Part shown: positions 12,059 to 19,324 of the stretch, in pieces | How positions within the stretch are numbered: the first letter of the stretch is position 1 | Layout of the letters: each line of letters starts with the position of its first letter | Source: Salmonella enterica subsp. diarizonae | GTDB lineage: Bacteria; Pseudomonadota; Gammaproteobacteria; Enterobacterales; Enterobacteriaceae | Length of the DNA: 24,000 nucleotides | Reading direction: 5' to 3' | NCBI RefSeq assembly: GCF_008692785.1 | Contig: NZ_VXJV01000011.1 | Coordinates: 55,580 to 79,579, forward strand | Notes under the pieces: generated by a model | Told to the model about the DNA's origin: nothing | The model's database searches: none | Seen by the model: the letters and a program-made list of their open reading frames with translations, nothing else | Made by a program: the position numbers and the translations under genes

Positions 12059-12369
12059 TTCGCAAAGCCTTTGTGATGCAGGTAAATGCCGACGCGCACG
12101 AGGAGTATCAGCGTCGTCATAACCCAATCTGGCCGGAGCTGGAAGCCGTATTAAAATCTCACGGCGCGCATCACTACGCGATTTATCTCGATCAGGAGCG
12201 CAATCTGCTGTTCGCTACCGTTGAGATTGAATCCGAAGCGCGCTGGAACGCCGTCGCCAGTACCGATGTTTGCCAGCGCTGGTGGCGACATATGCGCGAT
12301 GTGATGCCCGCGAATCCGGATAACAGCCCGGTCAGCACAGAGCTGAAAGAGGTGTTCTATCTGGCGTAA
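12055..12369 (+). CDS. rhaM: L-rhamnose mutarotase
   Basis: The 104-aa ORF starts [38 protein letters not shown], matching remembered YiiL/RhaM. Confidence 0.93.
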   Translation: MIRKAFVMQVNADAHEEYQRRHNPIWPELEAVLKSHGAHHYAIYLDQERNLLFATVEIESEARWNAVASTDVCQRWWRHMRDVMPANPDNSPVSTELKEVFYLA

Positions 12370-12375
12370 ACCTTT

Positions 12376-12402
12376 GCCCGGTGACGGTGGCGCTGACCGG
12401 GC
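12376..12402. terminator. Weak GC-rich hairpin between convergent rhaM and the XRE-cupin gene
   Basis: A 7-bp stem gcccggt/accgggc encloses a 13-nt loop. There is no T tract on either strand, so terminator function is doubtful. Confidence 0.25.
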
Positions 12403-12411
12403 CTGGCATTC

Positions 12412-12960
12412 TCAATTCTGTTCCGCCACCAGGATAGCCTGGGTATCCGGTTCCAGCGCTTTAAAGATATGCGCCTGGTCGCCGGGATAACAAATGTAAT
12501 CCCCCTCCGCCAGCTCTTCCGGTGCTTCGGTTAAACCGACGAGGGCTTTTCCCTGCGTAACAATAATATGTTCCACCGACCCTGGCGGATGCGGGTGAGA
12601 GATCCGGTCGGCCCCCGGCTGCGTCAACAGCAGATAGATATCACGCCGGGCGCCGGGCGGACACGCCGCCAGTAATATCGCCTGATAATGCGCCTGTTCC
12701 GCCACCACTTTGGTGCCTTCCCCGCGGCGAATCACCTGCGTTTTTTGTACCTGCGGCTCCAGCAGCCTGGCAAAGGGAATATCGAGCGCGACGCACAGCG
12801 ACCATAGCGTCTCCAGGCTGGGGTTGCCGTTCCCCGCTTCCAGTTGTGAAAGCGTAGATTTAGCAATGCCTGCGCGCCGCGCAATCTCCGCCAGCGACAG
12901 CCCGGTTCGCTGGCGCTCGCGCACCAGGCTTCTGGCGATAACGCTAATAGGTTGTGTCAT
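12412..12960 (-). CDS. XRE-family HTH regulator with C-terminal cupin sensor domain
   Basis: An N-terminal HTH (GLSLAEIARRAGIAKSTLSQLEAGNGNPSLETLWSLCVAL) is followed by a cupin fold (HPHPPGSVEHIIVTQG...GDYICYPGDQAHIF). I trimmed the start to ATG 12960 (182 aa); the 22 extra track codons read into the divergent promoter. Confidence 0.8.
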   Translation of the reverse strand: MTQPISVIARSLVRERQRTGLSLAEIARRAGIAKSTLSQLEAGNGNPSLETLWSLCVALDIPFARLLEPQVQKTQVIRRGEGTKVVAEQAHYQAILLAACPPGARRDIYLLLTQPGADRISHPHPPGSVEHIIVTQGKALVGLTEAPEELAEGDYICYPGDQAHIFKALEPDTQAILVAEQN

Positions 12961-12982
12961 AAAGCATCCAATGTTCACTATA

Positions 12983-13035
12983 ACGAACGAAACGTTCGTC
13001 TTGTAAAGCGAATCTGTTCCGTTCATTATAATGAA
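12983..13035. promoter_or_regulatory. Candidate operators and divergent promoter between the XRE-cupin gene and azlC-like gene
   Basis: A perfect 7-3-7 inverted repeat acgaacg-aaa-cgttcgt lies at 12983-12999. A perfect 14-bp palindrome ttcattataatgaa at 13022-13035 contains TATAAT (13027-13032) readable on both strands. Confidence 0.5.
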
Positions 13036-13060
13036 AATTCGTTCGATATGACTAAAGAAG

Positions 13061-13720
13061 ATGAAACACTATTTTTCCTGTCTCAAGGGAGACACGATAA
13101 AAGCGATATTTTTAGTGTGCCTGGCCGTGGGCGTCGTCGGCATGTCCTATGGCTCGCTGGCGATGGCCTACGGTTTCCCGATGTGGGTGCCGTTTGTACT
13201 CTCTATTTTTGTGCTGGCAGGCGCGTCCGAATTTATGTTTATCGGCATTGTCGCCAGCGGCGGCAATCCGCTGGCGGCGGCGGCGGCAGGATTGTTGGTG
13301 AATGCCCGCCATGTGCCGTTTGGCGTAACGGTGCGCGATTTGGTTGGCACCCGCGCCGCCAGCTTTTTCGGCTGCCATATCATGAATGATGAGAGCGTGG
13401 TGTTCGGCCTGTCGCAAAAAACGCCGGAACAGCGTAAAGCGGCTTACTGGCTGTGCGGGTTAGGCGTCGCCATTTTATGGCCGACAGGGACACTACTCGG
13501 CACACTGGTCGGCAAATTGCTGCCCGCGCCGGAGACCATTGGTCTGGATGCCGTATTCCCGGCGATCTTACTGGCGCTGGTGATCCCGGCGTTTAAAAAT
13601 CGCACCACATTGATTCGTGGTTGTAGCGGTGCCGCGCTGTCGCTTGCCGCCGTTCCCTTTGTGGCTGCCGGATTGCCGGTGTTGCTTTCGCTGCTTGGCC
13701 TACTGGCGAGGAAAAAATAA
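13061..13720 (+). CDS. AzlC-family membrane protein (branched-chain amino acid exporter large subunit type, YgaZ-like)
   Basis: The 219-aa polytopic protein has the AGASEFMFIG motif, comparable to AGASQF of YgaZ/AzlC. It is coupled (TAATG) to a small AzlD-like partner. Confidence 0.8.
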   Translation: MKHYFSCLKGDTIKAIFLVCLAVGVVGMSYGSLAMAYGFPMWVPFVLSIFVLAGASEFMFIGIVASGGNPLAAAAAGLLVNARHVPFGVTVRDLVGTRAASFFGCHIMNDESVVFGLSQKTPEQRKAAYWLCGLGVAILWPTGTLLGTLVGKLLPAPETIGLDAVFPAILLALVIPAFKNRTTLIRGCSGAALSLAAVPFVAAGLPVLLSLLGLLARKK

Positions 13721-14043
13721 TGGGCAATATGACGCTATTTATCATCGGTATTGCTCTTTTATCCGCGGGAACCTATTCGATGCGCCTCGGCGGCGCGAAA
13801 CTTGGCAGCCGTCTGGCGCTGTCTGAGCGTTCACAGGCACTACTCTCGGATGCGGCAACGGTGCTGTTATTCTCTGTCGCGCTGGCCACAACCTTTTACG
13901 AAGGCGAACATTTTGCCGGAATGGCGCGCGTATTGGGCGTCGCCTTCGCCGTATTTTTAGCCTGGCGTAAAATGCCGCTGATTGTGGTGATTATCGCCGC
14001 CGCGGTAGTGACGGCACTGCTGCGGCTGGCAGGATTACATTGA
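13720..14043 (+). CDS. AzlD-family small membrane protein (YgaH-like exporter subunit)
   Basis: The 107-aa protein has 3-4 hydrophobic helices. Its start overlaps the azlC-like stop by 1 nt. This is the canonical AzlC/AzlD pairing. Confidence 0.75.
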   Translation: MGNMTLFIIGIALLSAGTYSMRLGGAKLGSRLALSERSQALLSDAATVLLFSVALATTFYEGEHFAGMARVLGVAFAVFLAWRKMPLIVVIIAAAVVTALLRLAGLH

Positions 14044-14051
14044 ACCCATCG

Positions 14052-14083
14052 TAACCCTGACATGGAAAAATTCATCAGGGTTA
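14052..14083 (+). terminator. Hairpin downstream of the azlD-like gene (possible terminator, no U tract)
   Basis: A 9-bp perfect stem taaccctga/tcagggtta (14052-14060 and 14075-14083) encloses a 14-nt loop, 8 nt after the stop. The following sequence tacaatg is not T-rich. Confidence 0.35.
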
Positions 14084-14228
14084 TACAATGCCGTATAGTG
14101 TGTGACACTCCGCAAAATTGAGAAGTAACTCAACGGCATATTGTCACTCCCTCCCGACATATTACCGCTCATCTCTTGACCGTCTCCTCGTTAAAATCAG
14201 ATTAAACAGATTTTAATGGAGCCCCATC

Positions 14229-14675
14229 ATGACCGCCCTTACAACGAACTGCATCGATCTCAATATTCAGGGCAACAGCGCTTATTCCATTCTCAAACAA
14301 CTGGCAGAGATGGCGTTCCAGAACGGCTATACCACCGATTGCCATCAGTTCCTGCAAACTCTGCTACTGCGGGAAAAGTTGCATTCCACGGGGTTCGGCT
14401 CAGGCATCGCCGTACCGCATGGTAAAAGCGCCTGCGTGAAGCATCCCTTTGTTTTGTTTGCGCGCAAATCTAAAAACGTGGACTGGAAGGCCAGCGACGG
14501 CGAGGGCGTGAACTGCTGGATCTGCCTCGGCGTGCCGCAGGCCGGCGAAGACGATCAGGTCAAAATTATCGGCACCCTGTGCCGCAAAATCATCCACCAG
14601 GATTTTATCAACCAGTTAAAGCAAGGGAATACCGACCAGGTACTTTCTTTGTTAAATCAAACTCTAACCTCATAA
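14229..14675 (+). CDS. frvA: PTS EIIA component, fructose/mannitol (EIIA-2) type
   Basis: The 148-aa ORF carries the phospho-His motif GSGIAVPHGKS (His64, nt 14418-14420). A GGAG SD lies 7 nt upstream. Size and context match remembered FrvA. Confidence 0.9.
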   Translation: MTALTTNCIDLNIQGNSAYSILKQLAEMAFQNGYTTDCHQFLQTLLLREKLHSTGFGSGIAVPHGKSACVKHPFVLFARKSKNVDWKASDGEGVNCWICLGVPQAGEDDQVKIIGTLCRKIIHQDFINQLKQGNTDQVLSLLNQTLTS

Positions 14676-14685
14676 GGAAGCGACA

Positions 14686-16131
14686 ATGGAGTCATCCTTA
14701 CGTTTAGTGGCGATCACCAACTGCCCGGCGGGAATCGCCCACACCTATATGGTGGCGGAGGCGCTGGAGCAAAAAGCGCGTTCGCTCGGCCATACCATTA
14801 AAGTGGAGACCCAGGGTTCAAGCGGCGTTGAAAACCACCTCACCCAGGAGGAGATCGCCGCCGCCGATTATGTGATTCTGGCAATCGGGCGTGGCTTAAG
14901 CGCTGAAGACCGCTCGCGCTTCGCCGGGAAAAAGGTCTATGAGATTGCGATTTCCCAGGCGTTAAAAAATATCGAGCAGATTTTTAACGAGTTACCGACA
15001 CATTCGCAGCTTTTCGCCGTCGATAACGGCGTCAAGTTGGGTAAGCAGGATGTGCAGCAGGGTAGCGTGATGAGCCATCTGATGGCGGGCGTTTCCGCCG
15101 CGCTGCCGTTCGTGATTGGCGGCGGGATACTAATCGCTATCGCCAATATGCTGGTGCAGTTCGGTTTACCGTACACCGATATGTCGAAAGGCGAACCGTC
15201 GTTTACCTGGGTGGTCGAATCCATCGGCTACCTGGGCTTCACCTTTATGATCCCGATTATGGGGGCCTATATCGCGTGGTCCATCGCCGATAAACCGGCG
15301 TTCGCTCCGGCGTTTCTGGTCTGCTATCTGGCCAACGATAAAGGGCTGCTGGGCACCCAGTCCGGCGCGGGTTTTCTCGGCGCAGTGGTGCTGGGGCTGG
15401 CGATCGGCTACTTTGTACTGTGGTTTCGCAAAGTCCGTCTCGGTAAAGCGCTTCAGCCGCTGCTCGGCTCGATGCTTATCCCGTTCGTCACGCTACTGCT
15501 GTTCGGCGTGCTGACGTATTACGTCATCGGCCCGGTGATGTCCGACGTGATGGGCGGTCTGCTGCACTTCCTGAACACCATTCCACCGACGATGAAAATG
15601 GGCGCGGCCTTCCTCGTTGGCGCGATGCTGGCGTTTGATATGGGCGGGCCAATCAACAAAACCGCCTGGTTCTTCTGCTTCTCGCTACTGGAAAAACATA
15701 TCTACGACTGGTACGCCATTGTCGGCGTGGTGGCGCTGATGCCGCCCGTCGCGGCGGGTATCGCTACGTATCTTGCGCCGAAGCTGTTTACCCAGCAGGA
15801 GAAAGCCGCCGCCAGCAGCGCAATTGTGGTAGGCGCTACCGTCGCCACCGAACCCGCGATCCCTTATGCGCTGGCCGCACCGCTGCCGATGATTACCGCC
15901 AATACTCTCTCCGGCGGCATTGCCGGCATGCTGGTTATCGCCTTCGGAATCAAACGCCTGGCGCCAGGTTTAGGTATCTTTGACCCGCTGATTGGTCTGA
16001 TGTCACCGGTAGGGGCATTTTATCTGGTGCTGGCGATTGGTCTGGCGCTGAACATTTCGTTAATTATCCTTTTGAAAGGATTGTGGCTCAGGCGTAAAGC
16101 CGCGCAGCAGGAGCTTGCCCATGAACATTGA
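14686..16131 (+). CDS. frvB: PTS EIIBC component, fructose-like family
   Basis: The 481-aa ORF has an N-terminal EIIB domain with the Cys motif ITNCPAGIAHTYM (Cys13), followed by a polytopic EIIC domain. Confidence 0.9.
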   Translation: MESSLRLVAITNCPAGIAHTYMVAEALEQKARSLGHTIKVETQGSSGVENHLTQEEIAAADYVILAIGRGLSAEDRSRFAGKKVYEIAISQALKNIEQIFNELPTHSQLFAVDNGVKLGKQDVQQGSVMSHLMAGVSAALPFVIGGGILIAIANMLVQFGLPYTDMSKGEPSFTWVVESIGYLGFTFMIPIMGAYIAWSIADKPAFAPAFLVCYLANDKGLLGTQSGAGFLGAVVLGLAIGYFVLWFRKVRLGKALQPLLGSMLIPFVTLLLFGVLTYYVIGPVMSDVMGGLLHFLNTIPPTMKMGAAFLVGAMLAFDMGGPINKTAWFFCFSLLEKHIYDWYAIVGVVALMPPVAAGIATYLAPKLFTQQEKAAASSAIVVGATVATEPAIPYALAAPLPMITANTLSGGIAGMLVIAFGIKRLAPGLGIFDPLIGLMSPVGAFYLVLAIGLALNISLIILLKGLWLRRKAAQQELAHEH

Positions 16132-17191
16132 TTTACTTCAGCAGCTATGCGAAGCCAGCGCCGTCAGCGGCGATGAACAGGAAGTTCGCTCGATTTTGAT
16201 CAATACGCTGGACCCCTGCGTGGATGAAATCACCTTTGACGGCCTCGGCAGCTTTGTCGCCCGCAAAGGCAACCGCGGGCCGAAAGTGGCGATTGTCGGC
16301 CATATGGATGAAGTCGGCTTTATGGTGACACATATCGACGATAGCGGTTTTTTGCGCTTCACCACGATAGGCGGCTGGTGGAATCAGTCGATGCTCAATC
16401 ATCGTGTCACGATTCGCACCCACAAAGGATTGAAAATTCCCGGTATTATCGGCTCCGTTGCGCCGCACGCTTTAACGGAAAAGCAGAAACAACAGCCGCT
16501 CTCGTTTGATGAGATGTTTATTGATATTGGCGCGAGCAGCCGTGAAGAGGTGGAAAAACGCGGCATCGCCATCGGCGATTTTATCAGCCCGGAGGCGAAT
16601 TTCGCCTGTTGGGGCGAGGACAGGATTGTCGGCAAAGCGCTGGATAACCGCGTCGGCTGCGCCCTGATGGCGGAGCTTTTACAGGCGGTAGATAACCCTG
16701 AAATTACGCTTTACGGCGTCGGCTGCGTGGAAGAAGAGGTTGGGCTGCGCGGAGCGCAAACCTCGGCGGAGCATATCAAGCCCGACGTGGTGATCGTGAT
16801 GGATACGGCGGTTGCAGGCGACGTGCCCGGCATCGATAGCATCAAATATCCGCTGAAGCTGGGCGCCGGACCGGGGCTAATGCTGTTTGATAAACGCTAT
16901 TTCCCCAATCAACGGCTGGTCGCCGCGTTAAAAGAGCGCGCGCAAAGCAGCCAGGCGCCTCTGCAGTTCTGCACCATGAAAACCGGGGCGACAGACGGCG
17001 GACGCTACAACGTGATGGGCGGCGGTCGTCCGGTGGCGGCGCTGTGCCTGCCGACCCGCTATCTGCACGCCAACAGCGGCATGATTTCGGCGACGGATTA
17101 CGACGCGCTGTTCACTCTGGTCCGCGAACTACTGGCCTCGCTGACGGCGGATAAGGTCAGTGCCTTCAGCGATTTTCGTCAGGTGAGATAA
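16121..17191 (+). CDS. frvX: M42-family metallopeptidase/aminopeptidase-like protein
   Basis: The ORF has M42/TET-type motifs: VGHMDEVGF, ALDNRVGC, EEEVGLRGA, plus a C-terminal LHANS-type segment. ATG 16121 with an AGGAG SD 7 nt upstream gives 356 aa; the track start is a TTG at 16115. It overlaps the frvB end by 11 nt. Confidence 0.88.
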   Translation: MNIDLLQQLCEASAVSGDEQEVRSILINTLDPCVDEITFDGLGSFVARKGNRGPKVAIVGHMDEVGFMVTHIDDSGFLRFTTIGGWWNQSMLNHRVTIRTHKGLKIPGIIGSVAPHALTEKQKQQPLSFDEMFIDIGASSREEVEKRGIAIGDFISPEANFACWGEDRIVGKALDNRVGCALMAELLQAVDNPEITLYGVGCVEEEVGLRGAQTSAEHIKPDVVIVMDTAVAGDVPGIDSIKYPLKLGAGPGLMLFDKRYFPNQRLVAALKERAQSSQAPLQFCTMKTGATDGGRYNVMGGGRPVAALCLPTRYLHANSGMISATDYDALFTLVRELLASLTADKVSAFSDFRQVR

Positions 17192-18936
17192 TGTTAAACG
17201 AACGCCAGTTAACCCTTGTCGAGCTCCTTGAACAGCAGCGATGGTCGTTGAGCGAACTGGCGCGACACACTGGCGTTTCGAGCCGCACCATTCTGCGCGA
17301 TATTGATTACCTGAACTTCACGCTCAGCGATAAAGCGCGTATTCAGCCTGGCGGTAATGCGGGTTATCAACTGGACATTGTGGACAGACGTCGCTTTTTC
17401 CAGTTGCTGCAACGGCATGATAATGACGATCGGTTGCTGGCATTCCTGTTATTGCAGGCCTTTTCCACCCGCGCCCAGCTCGCGTCGGCGCTCAATTTAC
17501 CGGAGACGTGGGTGACGGACAGATTGCCGCGCCTGAAACAGCGTTATGAACGCGCATTCTGCATGGCCAGCCGTCCGGGCGTTGGGCATTTCATCGATGA
17601 ACCGGAGGAAAAGCGCATTATTCTGCTGGCGAATCTGCTGAAAAAAGATCCGCTGCTGATTCCCTTACCGGGCATTACGCGAACAGTTATTGAACAGTTG
17701 CAGCAGGCATGTGAAGAGGTGGATGATTTTCCCCTCGTGCCTGGCGAGTATCTCGCCAGCCTGACGCTGGCGGTTTACGCCCTGCGCAATCAGCTCACTA
17801 CCGCATGGCCGGAATGTCGGCATACGTCACTGAAAAAGGCGGTGGCGCAGGGAGGGATCGACATGGGCGAGAACGCGTTCGGAACGCTTATCGGCCTTCT
17901 GGAAACACAGCAACAGCAGGCAATGACCCTCTCCGCTGACGCCGTATGTTCTCTACTGCAACGCGTCCCCGGTGCCGCCTCGTTGAACATTATTGATACC
18001 CAACTCATTGATAACATTACCGGTCATCTGCTCAGATGCGTATCCGCGCCCATATGGTTACCGGAGCATCGTCAGAGCAGTATGAATAACCTGAAGTCCG
18101 CGTGGCCCGCCGCGTTCGACATGAGCCTGTGCTTTATCGCCCAGTTGCGTGAGCAGGTAGAGATTCCGCTGTTCGATAGCGATCTGATCGGCCTCTATTT
18201 TGCCTGCGCCCTGGAGCGACATCAGAATGAGCGGCGTCCTATCGTTTTGTTATCCGATCAAAATGCGATTGCTACCATTAATCAGCAGGCCATTGAACGG
18301 GATGTGCTGAATTGTCGGGTCATGATTGCGCGAACGCCCGGCGAGGTGAAGGCGATAAGTCAGGAGATTGTTCCGGTCCTTATCATCAATAACAGCCACT
18401 ATTTGCTCGATGAGGGGCAAAAGAATGTACTGTCGTTCAGGAATATCATTACCGCCTCCGCTACCGAGCAGATCAAAAACTTTCTTGCCACGGCCTTTAT
18501 TCGCCAACAGCCTGAACGCTTCTTTTCTAAGGCAGGAAGTTTTCATTACCCGAATATCCCAGGGGAAGACTGGAATACCATCACCAGGCAAATTTGTGAC
18601 CGGTTAGTGAGCCAGGCCCACATCACCGAGGATGACGCGCTGCGAATCTGCGCCAGGGAAAACGAAGGCGAGAACCTGATTATCAATCACCTCGCCATCC
18701 CCCACTGCTGGAGCGAACGGGAATCACGTTTCCGCGGATTTTTTATCACCCTGGCGCACCCTGTGCAAGTTAATAATGAGCCCGTTGACCGCGTGCTGCT
18801 CGCCTGCGCTGCCGCTGCTGCGCGTCACGAGCTGAAAATCTTCAGTTATCTGGCGAGCGTTATATGCCGCCATCCGGCCGACACGGTTCGCAGATTAGAC
18901 GGCTATGAAGCATTTATTGCGCTGTTAAATCAGTGA
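17191..18936 (+). CDS. frvR: Transcriptional regulator with N-terminal HTH and C-terminal EIIA-2-like domain
   Basis: The 581-aa ORF has an N-terminal HTH (WSLSELARHTGVSSRTILRDIDYL). Its C-terminal ~140 aa carry NHLAIPHCWS (His505, nt 18703-18705), resembling the EIIA-2 phospho-His motif. The start overlaps the frvX stop as TAATG. Confidence 0.85.
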   Translation: MLNERQLTLVELLEQQRWSLSELARHTGVSSRTILRDIDYLNFTLSDKARIQPGGNAGYQLDIVDRRRFFQLLQRHDNDDRLLAFLLLQAFSTRAQLASALNLPETWVTDRLPRLKQRYERAFCMASRPGVGHFIDEPEEKRIILLANLLKKDPLLIPLPGITRTVIEQLQQACEEVDDFPLVPGEYLASLTLAVYALRNQLTTAWPECRHTSLKKAVAQGGIDMGENAFGTLIGLLETQQQQAMTLSADAVCSLLQRVPGAASLNIIDTQLIDNITGHLLRCVSAPIWLPEHRQSSMNNLKSAWPAAFDMSLCFIAQLREQVEIPLFDSDLIGLYFACALERHQNERRPIVLLSDQNAIATINQQAIERDVLNCRVMIARTPGEVKAISQEIVPVLIINNSHYLLDEGQKNVLSFRNIITASATEQIKNFLATAFIRQQPERFFSKAGSFHYPNIPGEDWNTITRQICDRLVSQAHITEDDALRICARENEGENLIINHLAIPHCWSERESRFRGFFITLAHPVQVNNEPVDRVLLACAAAAARHELKIFSYLASVICRHPADTVRRLDGYEAFIALLNQ

Positions 18937-18983
18937 GAGCAACAAAACGCCTCAAGAGCGCTCTTTCGACGGTATAGCGATTG

Positions 18984-19196
18984 TTATTTCAGCAGTTCAG
19001 CGGTCATATGTACGCGGTTGCCGGTATATGCCTGGGTAATTTTATAAGCGCTTGCGCCTGCTTGTTCAGCCTGAGCGGCAATCTTCGCTTCGGTGTTTTC
19101 CAGCGTCGTACCGGTTGCGGTCACAGACTGGGCAGCAAATGCGCCGAAAGAGGTAGCAAGAGCGATAACTGCGACAAAATTTTTGATTGTTTTCAT
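18984..19196 (-). CDS. Small secreted DUF1471 / YhcN-BhsA-McbA family protein
   Basis: I trimmed the start to ATG 19196 (AAGGA SD 8 nt upstream), giving 70 aa. The signal peptide is MKTIKNFVAVIALATSFGAFA|AQ. The mature domain ...LENTEAKIAAQAEQAGASAYKITQAYTGNRVHMTAELLK is typical of the family. Confidence 0.8.
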   Translation of the reverse strand: MKTIKNFVAVIALATSFGAFAAQSVTATGTTLENTEAKIAAQAEQAGASAYKITQAYTGNRVHMTAELLK

Positions 19197-19324
19197 GATG
19201 TAAATCCTTCCGGTTTGTTGTTTGGTTAAGGTGCGGTGCCTTGATAAGATAAATAATAGGCTGATACCTAAACAACTAAAAGCGGAAGGGTTTGCCATTC
19301 TATTTCAAATTAATTGAATATAAA

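Noticed and set aside
12952-13389. 145-aa plus-strand ORF overlapping the azlC-like gene in another frame
   Set aside because: The alternative frame (13061-13720) encodes a coherent polytopic AzlC-like protein coupled to azlD. The 145-aa frame is Arg/Gly-rich with no domain and starts inside the regulator gene.
14101-14122. TGTGA at 14101-14105, considered as a CRP site for frvA
   Set aside because: The second half-site (expected TCACA six nt away) reads cgcaa. This is too poor a match to call from sequence alone.
18954-18965. Palindrome aagagcgctctt between frvR and the DUF1471 gene, considered as a bidirectional terminator
   Set aside because: With no loop nucleotides it can only form a roughly 4-bp stem, and the adjoining T runs are short or displaced. 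This is too weak to call.
12412-19324. Possibility that the rhaM-to-fdhD interval is a horizontally acquired island or novel defence system
   Set aside because: The gene content is an amino-acid exporter, a PTS, a peptidase and regulators, all metabolic or regulatory. frvABXR is syntenic with E. coli. Base composition is similar to the flanks. There are no nucleases, helicases, toxins or mobility genes.
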